Below, one piece after another: positions 10,912-22,560 of a DNA stretch of 64,000 bases. Position 1 is the first letter of the stretch. Each line of letters opens with the position of its first letter. The stretch spans positions 26,752,001 through 26,816,000 of the forward strand of contig CP068257.2 in assembly GCA_009914755.4 (NCBI GenBank), written 5' to 3'. The notes below the pieces were generated by a model, which had not been told where the DNA came from, made no database searches, and was given only the letters and a program-made list of their open reading frames with translations. Origin of the DNA: the human T2T-CHM13v2.0 reference genome, Homo sapiens. The translations under genes were made by a program, and so were the position numbers.

Positions 10912-13039
10912 GAATCCTATTATATTTAAAATTTGCTTTAGAATATGCTAAAAAGATATATATGTGATGGGCTACCAAATATTATCTGTACAATGATTTA
11001 TTTCTCCCTTTGCAGCAAAAGTTTAAGCACCAGAAAACTAAAAACTCTGAAGCACAGCATTCAAATAAAATAATCTCAGGCAATTCAGGTTTCTGTGGGG
11101 TCCTCCACAAAGCCAAAAATCTTTCAACAGTGCTGTGGTCTGAGGACAGACATGTTTCGCTTAATACCTTTGTGGTTAATATGACTTTTAATAAAATTCT
11201 CCAAAATTATTTCTCCAGAATTAGGTAATATAAATAAAAGAGGCAAAGGCTGGGTTGCAAGTTGACCATTACATCATTCATTTCACCATTGTTACACAAA
11301 TATTTCTTGACCTCATTTATTTCATAGAATGTACAAGTGAATTTTTGTAACATGTAGGTTACATTTCACCAATCTATTAAACAAGTAAATATTCATATTT
11401 GAATGTATGATTGTGCTAAGAAGGGGAAAACTGCATAATTTTCTAAATTCAGAAGAAAGTAAAACTAACATTAAAAGAAAAGTATTTAAAACTAACATTA
11501 AATGTAAGATATTTATCTGAAATATTTCAAATGGATTAAAAATTACATAATAAATAGCATACCATATATTTCAATTTGGCTGTATTTAAAAAAAAGAGAA
11601 CCCAAAATAACTTTCAAATTTTTAAATTAAAAAAATTATATTTGGAATATTCTGGAGAGAGGTATACTTCTCTAAATGCCTTAGTAATTCTTGTTTGTGT
11701 AACCAAGAGATAAGAGAAAATCTAAACAAACTCCACTCAGATTTTACAGTAAAAGCCTGATTGTATAGCTGTTTGTTTATTGAGATAGGTGGGTGATAGA
11801 TTGGTGATAGGTAGCTATATAGATAAAGAGGATAAGTCATCTTAAAACCTGATAAATACCATGAACTTAATCCCTATAAACCAATAAATTATACAATATA
11901 TGTCTTCAAAATAGAAATTTAACCTTATCTGACCCACTTATGAGCAAAATTTTCTGGAGCCCTCCACTGAGTTGCTTCATCTCCATACTTTTCTTGTAGC
12001 TACTAAATAAACTAAAGTATTTTAACTTCTGTTGTTCAACAGGGAATAATTAATCTGAGATCCTTGAGGCTATTCCACTCAGCCCTCTAAACATACCTGT
12101 GGCACATAAAATGGCCACGACCAAAGATAAAGACCATGGGCTTCTTCCTCTTGTTTCTCTCTTAACCTAAAGAAGCAAAGACACACCTACTCATGCCATA
12201 TTTGACCCTTTGTTAGCTCATTCTCCTAAGCAGAGCAGTCACTGGTCAGATTAAAAGAGCCAGGATGACCATTTGGACCTGATTTTACTGGGAGGGGAGA
12301 GGGGCAAAGAAGGGAGTTGCTGTTCCCTAAAATGAGGAACCCCTCAGCCTTCGCATTTTCCTCTTGAGTCCCACAAAGGAGCAGCAACTTTACCCACAAC
12401 GTTAGTGAGAGGAGGCCTAGCTATTCTTCTTCTTATTCTGTACCAATCCTCCACATATTTCCACATTAGAAAATATTCCTAGCATTTCTGGGCAGGCTGA
12501 GACTCTCCTCTTGGGCTCCTAGCTATTCGCACAATAGAACATACTGGCAACCTCTTACTCACAGTTTATAATACAATTCACAAAAAAGCCCACCATGTTA
12601 TTATTGCATAAATTTCTTACAAAAGCTAAACAATATTTTTACTTCTACTTGGTTAAACTATTTTACCTGCATCTACACTGTAATATTTTAAATATCTTAA
12701 GTTACATTTCATTACTTTTTATCACAGCACCTATGTAACTCAGAATAACTGTTGGAAATACGAAGTATAGTTTCCTTCTTAATCCCCAAAACTCACCCCA
12801 CCTTTTCTGCAGGTTCTGAATCAAAGAGTGCCGTTTGGACCGAAAGGCCTGTGCCAGGCTTCCACACCATCTGCTTCTTAATGTAAAATAGCTCAGCTGC
12901 AGAGCAGAGTGAGCTTGACGTAACCACAGCATCTGAGGGCCCACGGCCTCTGAGACAGTGAGAATAGCACAAAGAGGTCAAGCAAAGTGTCAAGGCTGAC
13001 ACCGAAAGAGCCTCATTTTTTTTTCTAGATAAAAATCAC

Positions 13040-13372
13040 GGCCAGGCGCGGTGGCTCACGCCTGTAATCCCAGCACTTTGGGAGGCCGAGGTGGGCGGAT
13101 CATGAGGTCAGGAGATCCAGACCACCCTGGCTAACACGGTGAAACCCCGTCTCTACTAAAAAATACAAAAAATTAGCCGGGCATGGCGGTGGCGGGCGCC
13201 TGTAGTCCCAGCTACTGGGGCGGCTGAGGCAGGAGAATGGCGTCAGCCCGGGAGGCGGAGCTTGCAGTGAGCCGAGATCGTGCTACCGCACTCCAGCCTG
13301 GGCTACAGAGCGAGACTCCGTCCAAAAAAAAATAAAAAATAAAAATAAATAAAAGTTAAAAATAAAAATAAA
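13040..13372 (+). mobile_element. Alu SINE, young (AluY/AluS-like), plus orientation with A-rich tail
   Basis: 'ggccaggcgcggtggctcacgcctgtaatcccagcactttgggaggccgaggtgggcggatcatgaggtcaggagatc...gcagtgagccgagatcgtgctaccgcactccagcctgggctacagagcgagactccgtcc' plus an (A)n/(AAAT)n tail. Many CpGs are retained. Flanking 'aaaatcac' and 'aaatcac' sequences suggest a short target-site duplication. Confidence 0.9.
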
Positions 13373-13694
13373 TCACAACCATAGGTTGCCAAATTAATAT
13401 TTTTAAAAAAGATTAAAAATTTTAGTTGCTTATTAAGACAGCATAGATGGTGAGTGAACTAATTATTTAGATTATTTTGCCAAGTTACAGCCAGTTACAG
13501 ATGAAGAAACAGCTCCTGTTTTTAGATAAACCTCACCCTCAGAGTGTAAAATATTTATATGAGCATGATACAGAATATCATGAGTCATTTTACGTTTATA
13601 AAGGAAAATGCCAACTCATTTCCAATGCCAGCAACTTTTTCTAAAGGTTAGGATTGTCTCTAACCAATTACAAAAAACTAATAAGCCAAGCTCA

Positions 13695-14095
13695 GATAGA
13701 GAAAGACCACAGTATCTCACTTATGTGGAATATTTAAAAAGTAGAATTCACAGAAACAGAGAGTAAAGTGGTTGCCAGAGGCTGGGGGCTAGAGGAGCTG
13801 GGAAAGTGTTGGTCAAAGCACATGGAATTTCAGTTAGATGGGATAAATAAGTTCAAGAAATCTATTGTACATCATAGGGATTACAGTTAATAACAGTACA
13901 TCGTATACGTAAAAATTCCTGAGAGTAGATTTTAAGTATTCTCACCACAACAAAATAAGTATGTGAGACAATGCATGTGTGAAATATCTTCACTTAGCCC
14001 TTCCATTATGCATACATATATCAAAAAAATCATGTTGTATGCCATCAATATATATTATTTTACTTGTCAGTTTGAAAAATCAATTTTAAAAGCTA
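13695..14095 (+). mobile_element. L1 LINE 3'-end fragment (older L1P/L1M-type)
   Basis: '...tctcacttatgtggaatatttaaaaagtagaattcacagaaacagagagtaaagtggttgccagaggctgggggctagaggagctgggaaagtgttggtcaaag...gttaataacagtacatcgtatacgtaaaaattcctgagagtagattttaagtattctcaccacaa' is the classic L1 3'-UTR-proximal consensus ('gagagtagaatggtggttgccagaggctggggg...ggagatgttggtcaaagggtacaaa...actatagttaataatactgtattgtatacttgaaatttgctaagagagtagatcttaagtgttctcaccacaaaa'). Confidence 0.8.
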
Positions 14096-14952
14096 ATTAT
14101 TCAGGACAAACACTTTTTTTTTTAGAATAATTACGTTGGGAGATCACCATGCCATCTTTTAGAAGCAGTTTAAATCTCAGTGGAAAACAAAAGTACTTAT
14201 TAGATATATCCTTGTAGCACACCATGCTTGCATACAACTTAGAGGAACATCATTGCTCAGGCTGTCTAAATAAATGACACATAGAAAAGGGATAAAGTTA
14301 GGATATAGAAATATACAGAAAAGCAGAGGCCGATGGGGAGGTGGGGTCAGGCTTAAGGGTTTGCAACTAATTTTTATGAATACAAAAATTTTGGACAGAA
14401 ACAAATTCATGTTTCTTTCTTAAATATCAAGAGAAAAGGAGTATCTGTTTGTTATTTTTCTCTCAAAACATATTTTTTACAGTCTGTAATAGTTTTGGTA
14501 TGAGAGCCATCTTACATAATTTAAATAAATTTAAATTAAATCTTTTTTAAAAAATGGGAACAAAGAGAGAACAAAAGGGCAGTCATTTCTTAGAGAAATC
14601 TTGGTTTATTTTGCATTATTATTTTTCCAGAAAAATTATTAATAAAATATGCAATATGGAAAATAGTGATAAATCAGATCAATAAATCAAGATGCATCAA
14701 GATTCCACTGGTACTAGACTCTGTGTGGGTGTAGTGCACTGGAAAGGTGGAATTATGGAACATTTTTTAAAAGCAACTGTCCACGTGTAATTATTACAAT
14801 TAATGGGTAAAGAAATAGGCACGAGAAAAAGTGAGGCATTGTGTGAGATAAAGGAGATGAGGAATCCCAAGAATGTCACCAGAGACAGATTTTGCTTTTT
14901 AAATATTAAACATGGAAAAATTCATTCTTAGATTGCCCCATTTAGATGGTCA

Positions 14953-15460
14953 TATTAGTTTCCTATTGCTGTGGGTACCAACCACTGCAAACTTGGTGGC
15001 TTAAAACAATAGACATTTATTACCTTGTAGTTCTAGAAGTCAGAAGTTCAAAATGGGTTTCACTGGACTAAAACCAAGATGTTAGCAGGGCTGGTTCCTT
15101 TCAAAGGCTCTAAGGGAGAATTTGTTCCCATTCTTTTCCCAGCTTCTAAAAGTTACCTGCATTCCTTAAATAGTTCATTTGACCTTCATTCCTTGAAGAT
15201 CTTCATCAAAGCCAGCAGCATAGCATCTTCCAGTCTCTTTCAGACTCGGACCCTCTTGCCTCTCTCTTATAACAGCCTTGTGATTGCACTGGGCTCACGT
15301 GGATAATCCAAGATAATCTTTCCATCTCAAGATCCTTAACTTAATCACATCTGCAAAATCCCTTTTGCCATGCAAGGTAACATATTTACAAGTATAGGGG
15401 ATTAGCTCATGGACACCTTTGGGAGGGAGGGGCATTAATCTCCTATCACAATTGTGGACT
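14953..15460 (+). mobile_element. Old mammalian interspersed repeat ('MER-type'), near full-length copy
   Basis: Head 'catattagtttcctattgctgtgggtaccaaccactgcaaacttggtggcttaaaacaatagacatttattaccttgtagttctagaagtcagaagttcaaaatgggtttcactggactaaaaccaagatgttagcagggctgg'. Tail '...ctcaagatccttaacttaatcacatctgcaaaatccc...'. It parallels the copies at 1071-1396 and 1-75. Confidence 0.5.
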
Positions 15461-16239
15461 CGCATTTTGCTTTGGTTAAAATACTCTCCCAATTTGGAAG
15501 CTACTGAGCATGTTGATGCTAAAATTAATATTCCAACCTCTAGGCAAAATATTTCTCAACTGCATGGAAAGGGCTCACATGGATGATGTATTTTATTTTG
15601 GACACTTGGTTGCAGTCTAAATGAAATTAAGTTGAAAGTGGTAGCCACTCTGTGGCTGAGATGTGATTAAAGGAGTGAGATAAGACAAACACAGAAGAAT
15701 CCTGTACACACAAAAATAGATTCAGCCACAGCAAGCCCTGCTGGCATGGTGAAAAGACAATCTATACATAGACTAAATGTAAAATGAAAATTCACACAGA
15801 AGTAGTAGCTATCATGTGTACTTGACCTCTCAGGTGAAATAGAAGAATTAATATAAATCACACAAGACATTTAAAAGTGTATTCAGTCAAAACTTACATG
15901 GGTTTAGGAAATTATTTTGTAATGTGAATGAGTGATATCCCAAAGTATGTTCTCACCCCAATGTCCAGGAATTGTGGATTTTATTTGAATATGGATATCC
16001 GTGGCATACATCCAAGCAAATGGAAACTCTCTGGAAGAAATAAAACTAGACATTTCTGTCCCTCTTATCATAGCAAAGAACTTCTGCTCTAAACAAAAGC
16101 CCTGATAATTCTTTTCAAATATCTGCATTAGACATGATAACAGTCTATACAAACAATGAATTAATTGTAAGATCTGCATGCAAGGATAGGAATATTTTAT
16201 TCTAAACTTGGCTAAGCCACTTTGGTAGAGGTAGGTCAC

Positions 16240-16600
16240 TGTCTTCGTTACCTATTGCTACATAACAAATTGCCCCCAAAACTTAGTGGCTTAAATCAAC
16301 AAACATTTTTATCTCACGGTTTCTATGGATTAAGAATATGGAAGCAACCTAGCTAGGTAGCATCTCATGACTCTGCAATCAAGATGTCAGCTAGAGCAGC
16401 TGCAGTCATGTCAAGGCTCATGTGACAAAGGGTCCACTTCCGAGCTCACTCAGTTGTTGGGAGAACTCAGAAGATTTGCTTCTGACCTCTTTCCTGGGCT
16501 TCTCAACATGACTGTCCCATGATGTGGACACTGACTTTCTCCAAAGAGAACCATGCAAGAGATGGCAAAAGCACATTCATGATGGAAGCCACAGGTTTTT
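16240..16600 (+). mobile_element. Old mammalian interspersed repeat ('MER-type')
   Basis: 'gtcactgtcttcgttacctattgctacataacaaattgcccccaaaacttagtggcttaaatcaacaaacatttttatctcacggtttctatggattaagaat...caatcaagatgtcagctagagcagctgcagtcatgtcaaggctcatgtgacaaagggtcc...'. The same head motif is present and the architecture matches the other copies. Confidence 0.5.
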
Positions 16601-17032
16601 TTTAATAACTTAATCTCAGAAGTGACACCCATCACTGCTACCACATTCTACAGTTTATTCTTGAACAATATGAGTTTGAACTGCATGGATTCACTTATAC
16701 ATGGATTTTCTCCTGCCTCTATCACCCCTAAGACAAGAAGACCAAATCTTCCTTTTCATTCTCCTCCTCAGCCTACTCAATGTGAAGATGACAAGGATGA
16801 AGACCTTTATGATGCTCCACTTCCACTTAATAAATAGTAAATATATGTTTTCTTCCTTGTGATTTTCTTAGCATTTTCTTTTCTGTAACTTACTTTATTG
16901 TAAGAATACGGTATATAATACATATGACATACAAACAAGCGCTAACCGACTGTTTATGTTATGAGTAAGGCTTCCACTCAACAGTAGGCTGTAGTAGTTA
17001 ACTGTTGGGGAAGTTAAAAATTATACAAAGAT

Positions 17033-17317
17033 GGCCAGGTGCGGTGGCTCAACACCTGTAATCCCAGCACTTTGGGAGGCCAAGGCGGGCAGATCACGAG
17101 GTCAGGAGATCGAGACCATCCTGGCTAACATGGTGAAACCCGTCTCTAGTAAAAATACAAAAAAAAAAAAATTAGCCGGGCATGGTGGCGGGCGCCTGTA
17201 GTCCCAACTACCGGTGGCTGAGGCAGGAGAATAGCTGAACCTGGAGGGCAGAGCTTGCAGTGAGCCGAGAACGCACCACTGCACTCCAGCCTGGGCAACA
17301 GAGCAAGACTCTGTCTC

Positions 17318-17334
<17 letters not shown>
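17033..17334 (+). mobile_element. Alu SINE (plus orientation) with poly-A
   Basis: 'ggccaggtgcggtggctcaacacctgtaatcccagcactttgggaggccaaggcgggcagatcacgaggtcaggagatcgagaccatcctggctaacatggtgaaaccc...gcactccagcctgggcaacagagcaagactctgtctcaaaaaaaaaaaaaa'. The flanking repeat 'acaaagat' at 17023-17030 and 17356-17363 is consistent with a target-site duplication. Confidence 0.9.
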
Positions 17335-17354
<20 letters not shown>

Positions 17355-17356
17355 CA
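17335..17356. repeat. (TA)n microsatellite grown from the Alu poly-A tail
   Basis: 'atatatatatatatatatatatat' lies immediately 3' of the Alu A-tail. Confidence 0.85.
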
Positions 17357-17442
17357 CAAAGATTTTTTGACTGTGCAGGGGATCAACACCTCTAACTCCC
17401 ATGTTGTTCAAGGGTCAATTCTATTTATTAGTAGTGAGGTAA

Positions 17443-17803
17443 TGTATTAGTCCATTTCCTTGCTGCTAATAAAGACATACCCAAGACTGGGTAGTTTATA
17501 CAGTAAAAGAAGTTTAATGGACTCACAGTTCTGTGTGGCTTGGGAGGCCTCACAATCATGGCAGAAGGCAAAAGGCACATCTTACATGGTGGCAGGGAAG
17601 GGAGAATGAGAACCAAGTGAAAGGGCAAATCCCTTGTAAAATCATCAGATCTTGTGAGGCTTATTTACTACCACAAGAATAGTATGGGAGAAAAGCCCCC
17701 ATGATTCAATTATCTCCCACTGGGTCCCTCCCATGACAGGTTGGAATTATGGGAGCTGCAATTTAAGATGAGATTTGGGTGGGGACACAGCCAAACCATA
17801 TCA
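17443..17803 (-). mobile_element. THE1/MST-family MaLR solo LTR (minus orientation)
   Basis: Plus strand begins 'tgtattagtccatttccttgctgctaataaagacatacccaagactgggtagtttata', the reverse complement of the THE1 tail '...tataaa.tacccagtct.gggtatgtctttattagcag...ggactaataca'. It ends '...gggagctgcaatttaagatgagatttgggtggggacacagccaaaccatatca', the reverse complement of the THE1 head. Confidence 0.85.
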
Positions 17804-18883
17804 GGTAACATACCCTAGCCCATATTCAACAAGTAGGAATTCTACAAAGTCACAAACACCAGGAGGTAGGAAATGTCACAGACCACCTCAGAGACTGCCT
17901 GCTGTAGTCACCTGGGAAAACTCTCCTCCTAAATTAACTTTCCTAAGGAAGTCATCGTGCTTATACTTTGGTATTGGATCATTTTAAAGCTAATTTCCTA
18001 AAGACTAATGTGTATGTCTATAAAAGGTAAACAAAGCCAGACACTACAGTGGTAAAGACAAATTTGTAATCAGTAATATACTATTGCCGCACAGAAGAGT
18101 GTCCAGTGTAGGCTGAACTCAACTTTGATTTGTGCAGAGGTAACTGAGCATTTTAAAGGGAGAATGGGAAGGTTGACAAGGGGTCTAGTAGCCTATCAGT
18201 AGAGTCAGAAGTGAAAAATTACTGAGACTTGGTCACTAAATGTCAATTAAACCAGCTGTATCTGTTGGCTGCAAATTGCCCAAGTTAGAATTCTCTCCTG
18301 TCACAGAGACTGGGAGTCAGAGACCCTTTCCTCTTCCTAATTGTTACATATTAAAGGAATGGCTTTCAAGTCCTTGAAAAACACACTTCTGTGTTGTAGG
18401 AGATACATATACATCTCAAAGGGATGGATGAAAGATTCACAATCATGAACAGTTTTTAGAAAATGCTTGAAAAGAATTGTCAGAGCTCTATAATCAGGTG
18501 TTGGCTATGACAGTCAATTCTTTTGGCAGCCTTGAACTTTCTCAGGTAGGCTCTGTAAGGGGACTGGGATCATCCTAGAGATGCAACCTTGAAATGTTAG
18601 AAACTATGCTAGTGTTTGTTTCAGCCTTTTAATGCCAGAGGATGGGACAGACAGACAAAATCATCTATGCTGAGAGTTTTTATAGGCCAAGATCAAGAGT
18701 TTTTATAGCCAAGAGGAAGGCCCAATGGAGACTACCTAGAGTTTGGTCAAAGGAATAATCTTTGTCATGTCCATATTATGACACTTTAAGCCCATTCATT
18801 CTCTATTGGGCCTCAGTTACCAAGTGCATTAATATGCAAGTTCAGTGGTACCTGAGTCAGTACTGGTGAAGACAGGCATCCGT

Positions 18884-19363
18884 TCATGCTACTCGGTTCT
18901 CCACCTGTGACTGGAATTCCTCAGCTAATTTATCACCTTCTTCCTTGCTCGTGGGTTGGCTGATCATGGGCCTTGTCGCCTGTTGGTCCCCCAAATGTAG
19001 AATCAATTTGTCTGCCAGCTTGGCTAGATGTAGAAGCCAGCTGGCTATGCTGACTATTCTCAGGACCAGGGAGAACCCAAAGAACAGCCCCTCCAGGACA
19101 GCCAGCCAGGCCCCAGCAAACCAGCCAGAAATTTCTGAAAACTTCCAGAGCTGGTCAGCTATGCTTGACATCTGTGTTCCAGAGCCGGGGACCCTCATTC
19201 CAAACTCACAGGGCCAACTCTTGCTATAATATGTAGCTTTTATTTTCCATTTGCACTCTTCTTCTGATATTTTTGCATGTTCAGGGCTGGTCAATCTTAG
19301 TAGAAAGAAACACTTTGTTATGTTCAAACTTTTCAAGCAGACATTGTTCAGTGCATTTTCCAA
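18884..19363 (-). other. Longest non-repeat ORF in the window (159 aa), with a transmembrane-like hydrophobic segment and a charged C-terminus. It could be a chance ORF, a relic ORF or an exon candidate
   Basis: The ORF track peptide ends '...MSSIADQLWKFSEISGWFAGAWLAVLEGLFFGFSLVLRIVSIASWLLHLAKLADKLILHLGDQQATRPMISQPTSKEEGDKLAEEFQSQVENRVA*'. It does not overlap any repeat I recognise and I know of no homologue. About 0.2-3 ORFs of this length are expected by chance in 64 kb, so this is not a confident gene call. Confidence 0.15.
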
Positions 19364-19872
19364 ACCAGAAGGTACTAATTAAAAGCACTTCGGTAAGATT
19401 CTGGATTTTCCAGTACTCAGTTCCCCAAACTGAACGGGAACACATACAGGAAAACATTCATTTATTAAAAAGTTGAAGTACTATGTGATAGAATGAAATG
19501 TAGTGGAATCACCAATAGCAGGTCTATTATCTTTGATGTCAATATTTCTAATATTTTCCATAACATGTATCACAAATAGCTGAGTCTTTTTTTTTAAATA
19601 TCACAAATATCACAAATAGCTGAGTCTTTTTTATTTTAAGCCCTTCCAGTGCTTATAGTAAGTAGTCTTTTTAGAAAAAAATCAAGTTTTCAGTGACTTT
19701 TATAAACTTTGGGACAAAATGGTTATGCAATGTAACAATAATACCAATGTTGAAGCACTGTCTTTTAAAAAAATATTTCATTGATAAATAAAAGTTGTGT
19801 ATATTCAAAGTGCACAGCGTGATGACTTGACATATTGTATATATTGTGTACTGACTACCACTATTAAAATAA

Positions 19873-20260
<388 letters not shown>

Positions 20261-21929
20261 ATAATATTGTTAACTACAGTCACCATGCTGTACTTTAGAC
20301 CCCCAGAATGCATACATCTTAAGACTGGAAATTTGTATTCTTTGACCAATATCTCCTCATTTCTCTACACCCCAGCCCATGGAAACCATCATTCTACTCT
20401 TGAAGCACTGTATATTAAATGTCACCTGAGGCCTGTTTCCAGTTATCTCCGAGCTTCAATTTACTTGTCTTTGAATTTATGTTAATGTTCCCCTTCTCTC
20501 TCTGGGTTGATGTGAGAAGGGAAATGAAATCACATACATGAAAGCTCCTAGCACAATGTCTGTTCTATAATAAATGTAAAATTAATATTTGTTTTTCTGG
20601 TTGGAAGGTTATAATTTTTTAAATTATAGATGTTTCTTCAGAAGGAATAGAAGAAAAAATGTTAGGTCTTTGCATGTCTTAATCTACAAACTGTCACCCC
20701 AAGACAGCTTTGTACTCAAAATGTGAATTTAGTCCCTTTAGATGATGAGTTGAGGGGAGGGTGAGTTGTTTGTTTTTGATCCCTTGTTGAATGGATAGTC
20801 AACCTAAAACCACAGTTCTTACTTGAGTGTCTCCCATAGACACTAGCAGAAAATAATTATTTTATGCCTTCACTGTGATAAGATTTGATATCTCTTTTAT
20901 GAGAGATCTTAAATGCCTATATTTTCTGGAGGCCGTTAATCCATTTTATTCTTTTTCTGTTGCAACAGACTGATGTTGGCAGTATCTCTAAAAACAATGA
21001 AAGAGGGGAAGGTTTTCGACTAATTAAATATGTTGGATGCTTACTATATATTCACAACATGGTCTTAAATGAAATGGGCAATAATATATTTGGATTAAAA
21101 AGAAAAGAGAAGCAAAAATAATTTAGAGAGTTGAACAGAAGTGCGCTAGAGGAAATGCCAAATACACGTTCAGGGACTGAGATTAGGCAATTCAGGCTGA
21201 AACACATGGATTATGTATAAGAGTAAATGACAACATGCTTCCTCATTTAGCTATCAACTGTCATCTCACTGGCCGTTCACTTCCAGGCAAGAGCTCTGCC
21301 AGATTTCTCAAATGAATTTTCTACACCCATTACATCTGTTTCCTCTCCACCTACTTTCCCCTTTACCCCATGTAATTTGCTTTCCATTTCCAACAATGTG
21401 CCAAGTGCATGCTTGCAAAGTTCACTAATGACTATATTATTGCCAAAACAGGTGACCTTCTCTCTTCTTTTGTCTTTTATTCTACAGGACATCTCCAGTG
21501 CATTTGACACTTTCTCTTAATATTTTTTCTTACCTACAGTCTTAATCTTTTGCCTTAGTTTCTCTATGTTTTCTAACCATTTCTAGTTATTTTTCCTCAT
21601 TTTCTTCCCCAGAAACATCTCTGTGCATTACTCAACTCAAAAGGTCTGTTCCTCAGACCCTATCTCCATATATTTTCTGCCCTGGAATGCAGCCATACTC
21701 CAAGCCTTGACTATCCCTTATCAAATGTCGCTTTTCTATGCTGCTGGCCCATTTTCACAGGAATGTGCAGCGCCCTCACATTAACCCTGCATGTTCTATC
21801 CCCACCATCTCTTCTCCTCTCAAATGTGACAGTCTTCTCACATGCACCAGCCACCCTCAACCATCTAGCCTATGTGCAGTTCCCATAGTTAATAAAAAAT
21901 CTGCTAGTTAATTCATGTTCTCTCACATT

Positions 21930-22255
21930 GCACAGACTTTTTGCATATACTTCCCTCCACCTGGAATGACCTTCCTATCCTGTGAGACTTTTTAATATCT
22001 GCCAGTCTTCCAAGACTCTGCTAAAGTCCTTAATAAGTATTTCCTACCTCCCTATTTTAAGGCAAATGCTCCTCTTCCTTCTGTTTTAAGAGTTGATTTT
22101 GGAGGTTTAGTCTCCTGTTTCTTTCAGGTTGTGAATACTTTAAAAAGACAGTCACTATTTATCTCTTTCCTCTGCTTCCAATGCCCAGCATAATTTGTAA
22201 CCCACCACACTTAATCAAAACCTCCTTGTTCAATGAAAACATGAATAAAGCAAGC
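21930..22255 (+). mobile_element. MIR-family SINE remnant (old, low confidence)
   Basis: The 3' part 'ctctgcttccaatgcccagcataatttgtaacccaccacacttaatcaaaacctccttgttcaatgaaaacatgaataaa' parallels the MIR tail 'tgtatccccagcgcctagcacagtgcctggcacatagtaggcgctcaataaatgtttgttgaatgaatgaat'. Confidence 0.35.
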
Positions 22256-22379
22256 CAGGCAGTTGCCAGGTCTGCCTCTCTGGTGAGTTCTCTAGTCTTA
22301 GGTGTGTAACTGATTCCTTGGCATGTCCATCTCCACTCATCTCAAATCCAGTACTTTCAATACTTGAAACAATACCTCA

Positions 22380-22560
22380 GTTTACAATGGAGATCTCCCA
22401 ATTTAAAGCTTATTCTCTAAGAATTTCCCATTGAAACCAGGATTTTCTCCTCTGTTAGACTGTAAGCTTCTTACGTGACTATTGCATTTCCCCTAGAACT
22501 AAATAATTCTTAACCCATGTATGTGCATAAGTTTGGACTAAATGAAAGGTTAAATAGTAA
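22380..22560 (+). mobile_element. MIR-family SINE remnant (3' portion)
   Basis: 'tctgttagactgtaagcttcttacgtgactattgcatttcccctagaactaaataattcttaacccatgtatgtgcataagtttggactaaatgaaag' parallels the MIR core/tail 'tagactgtaagctccttgagggcagggactgtgtct...ccccagcacctagcacagtgcctggcacatagtaggcgctcaataaatgtttgttgaatgaatga'. Confidence 0.4.

Noticed and set aside
15904-16239. 111-aa minus ORF and 137-aa plus ORF (33051-33464) as possible genes
   Set aside because: They sit in AT-rich unique sequence, have no recognisable domain or signal, and contain no CpG or splice-signal support. Their lengths are within chance expectation for 64 kb x 6 frames with alternative start codons allowed.
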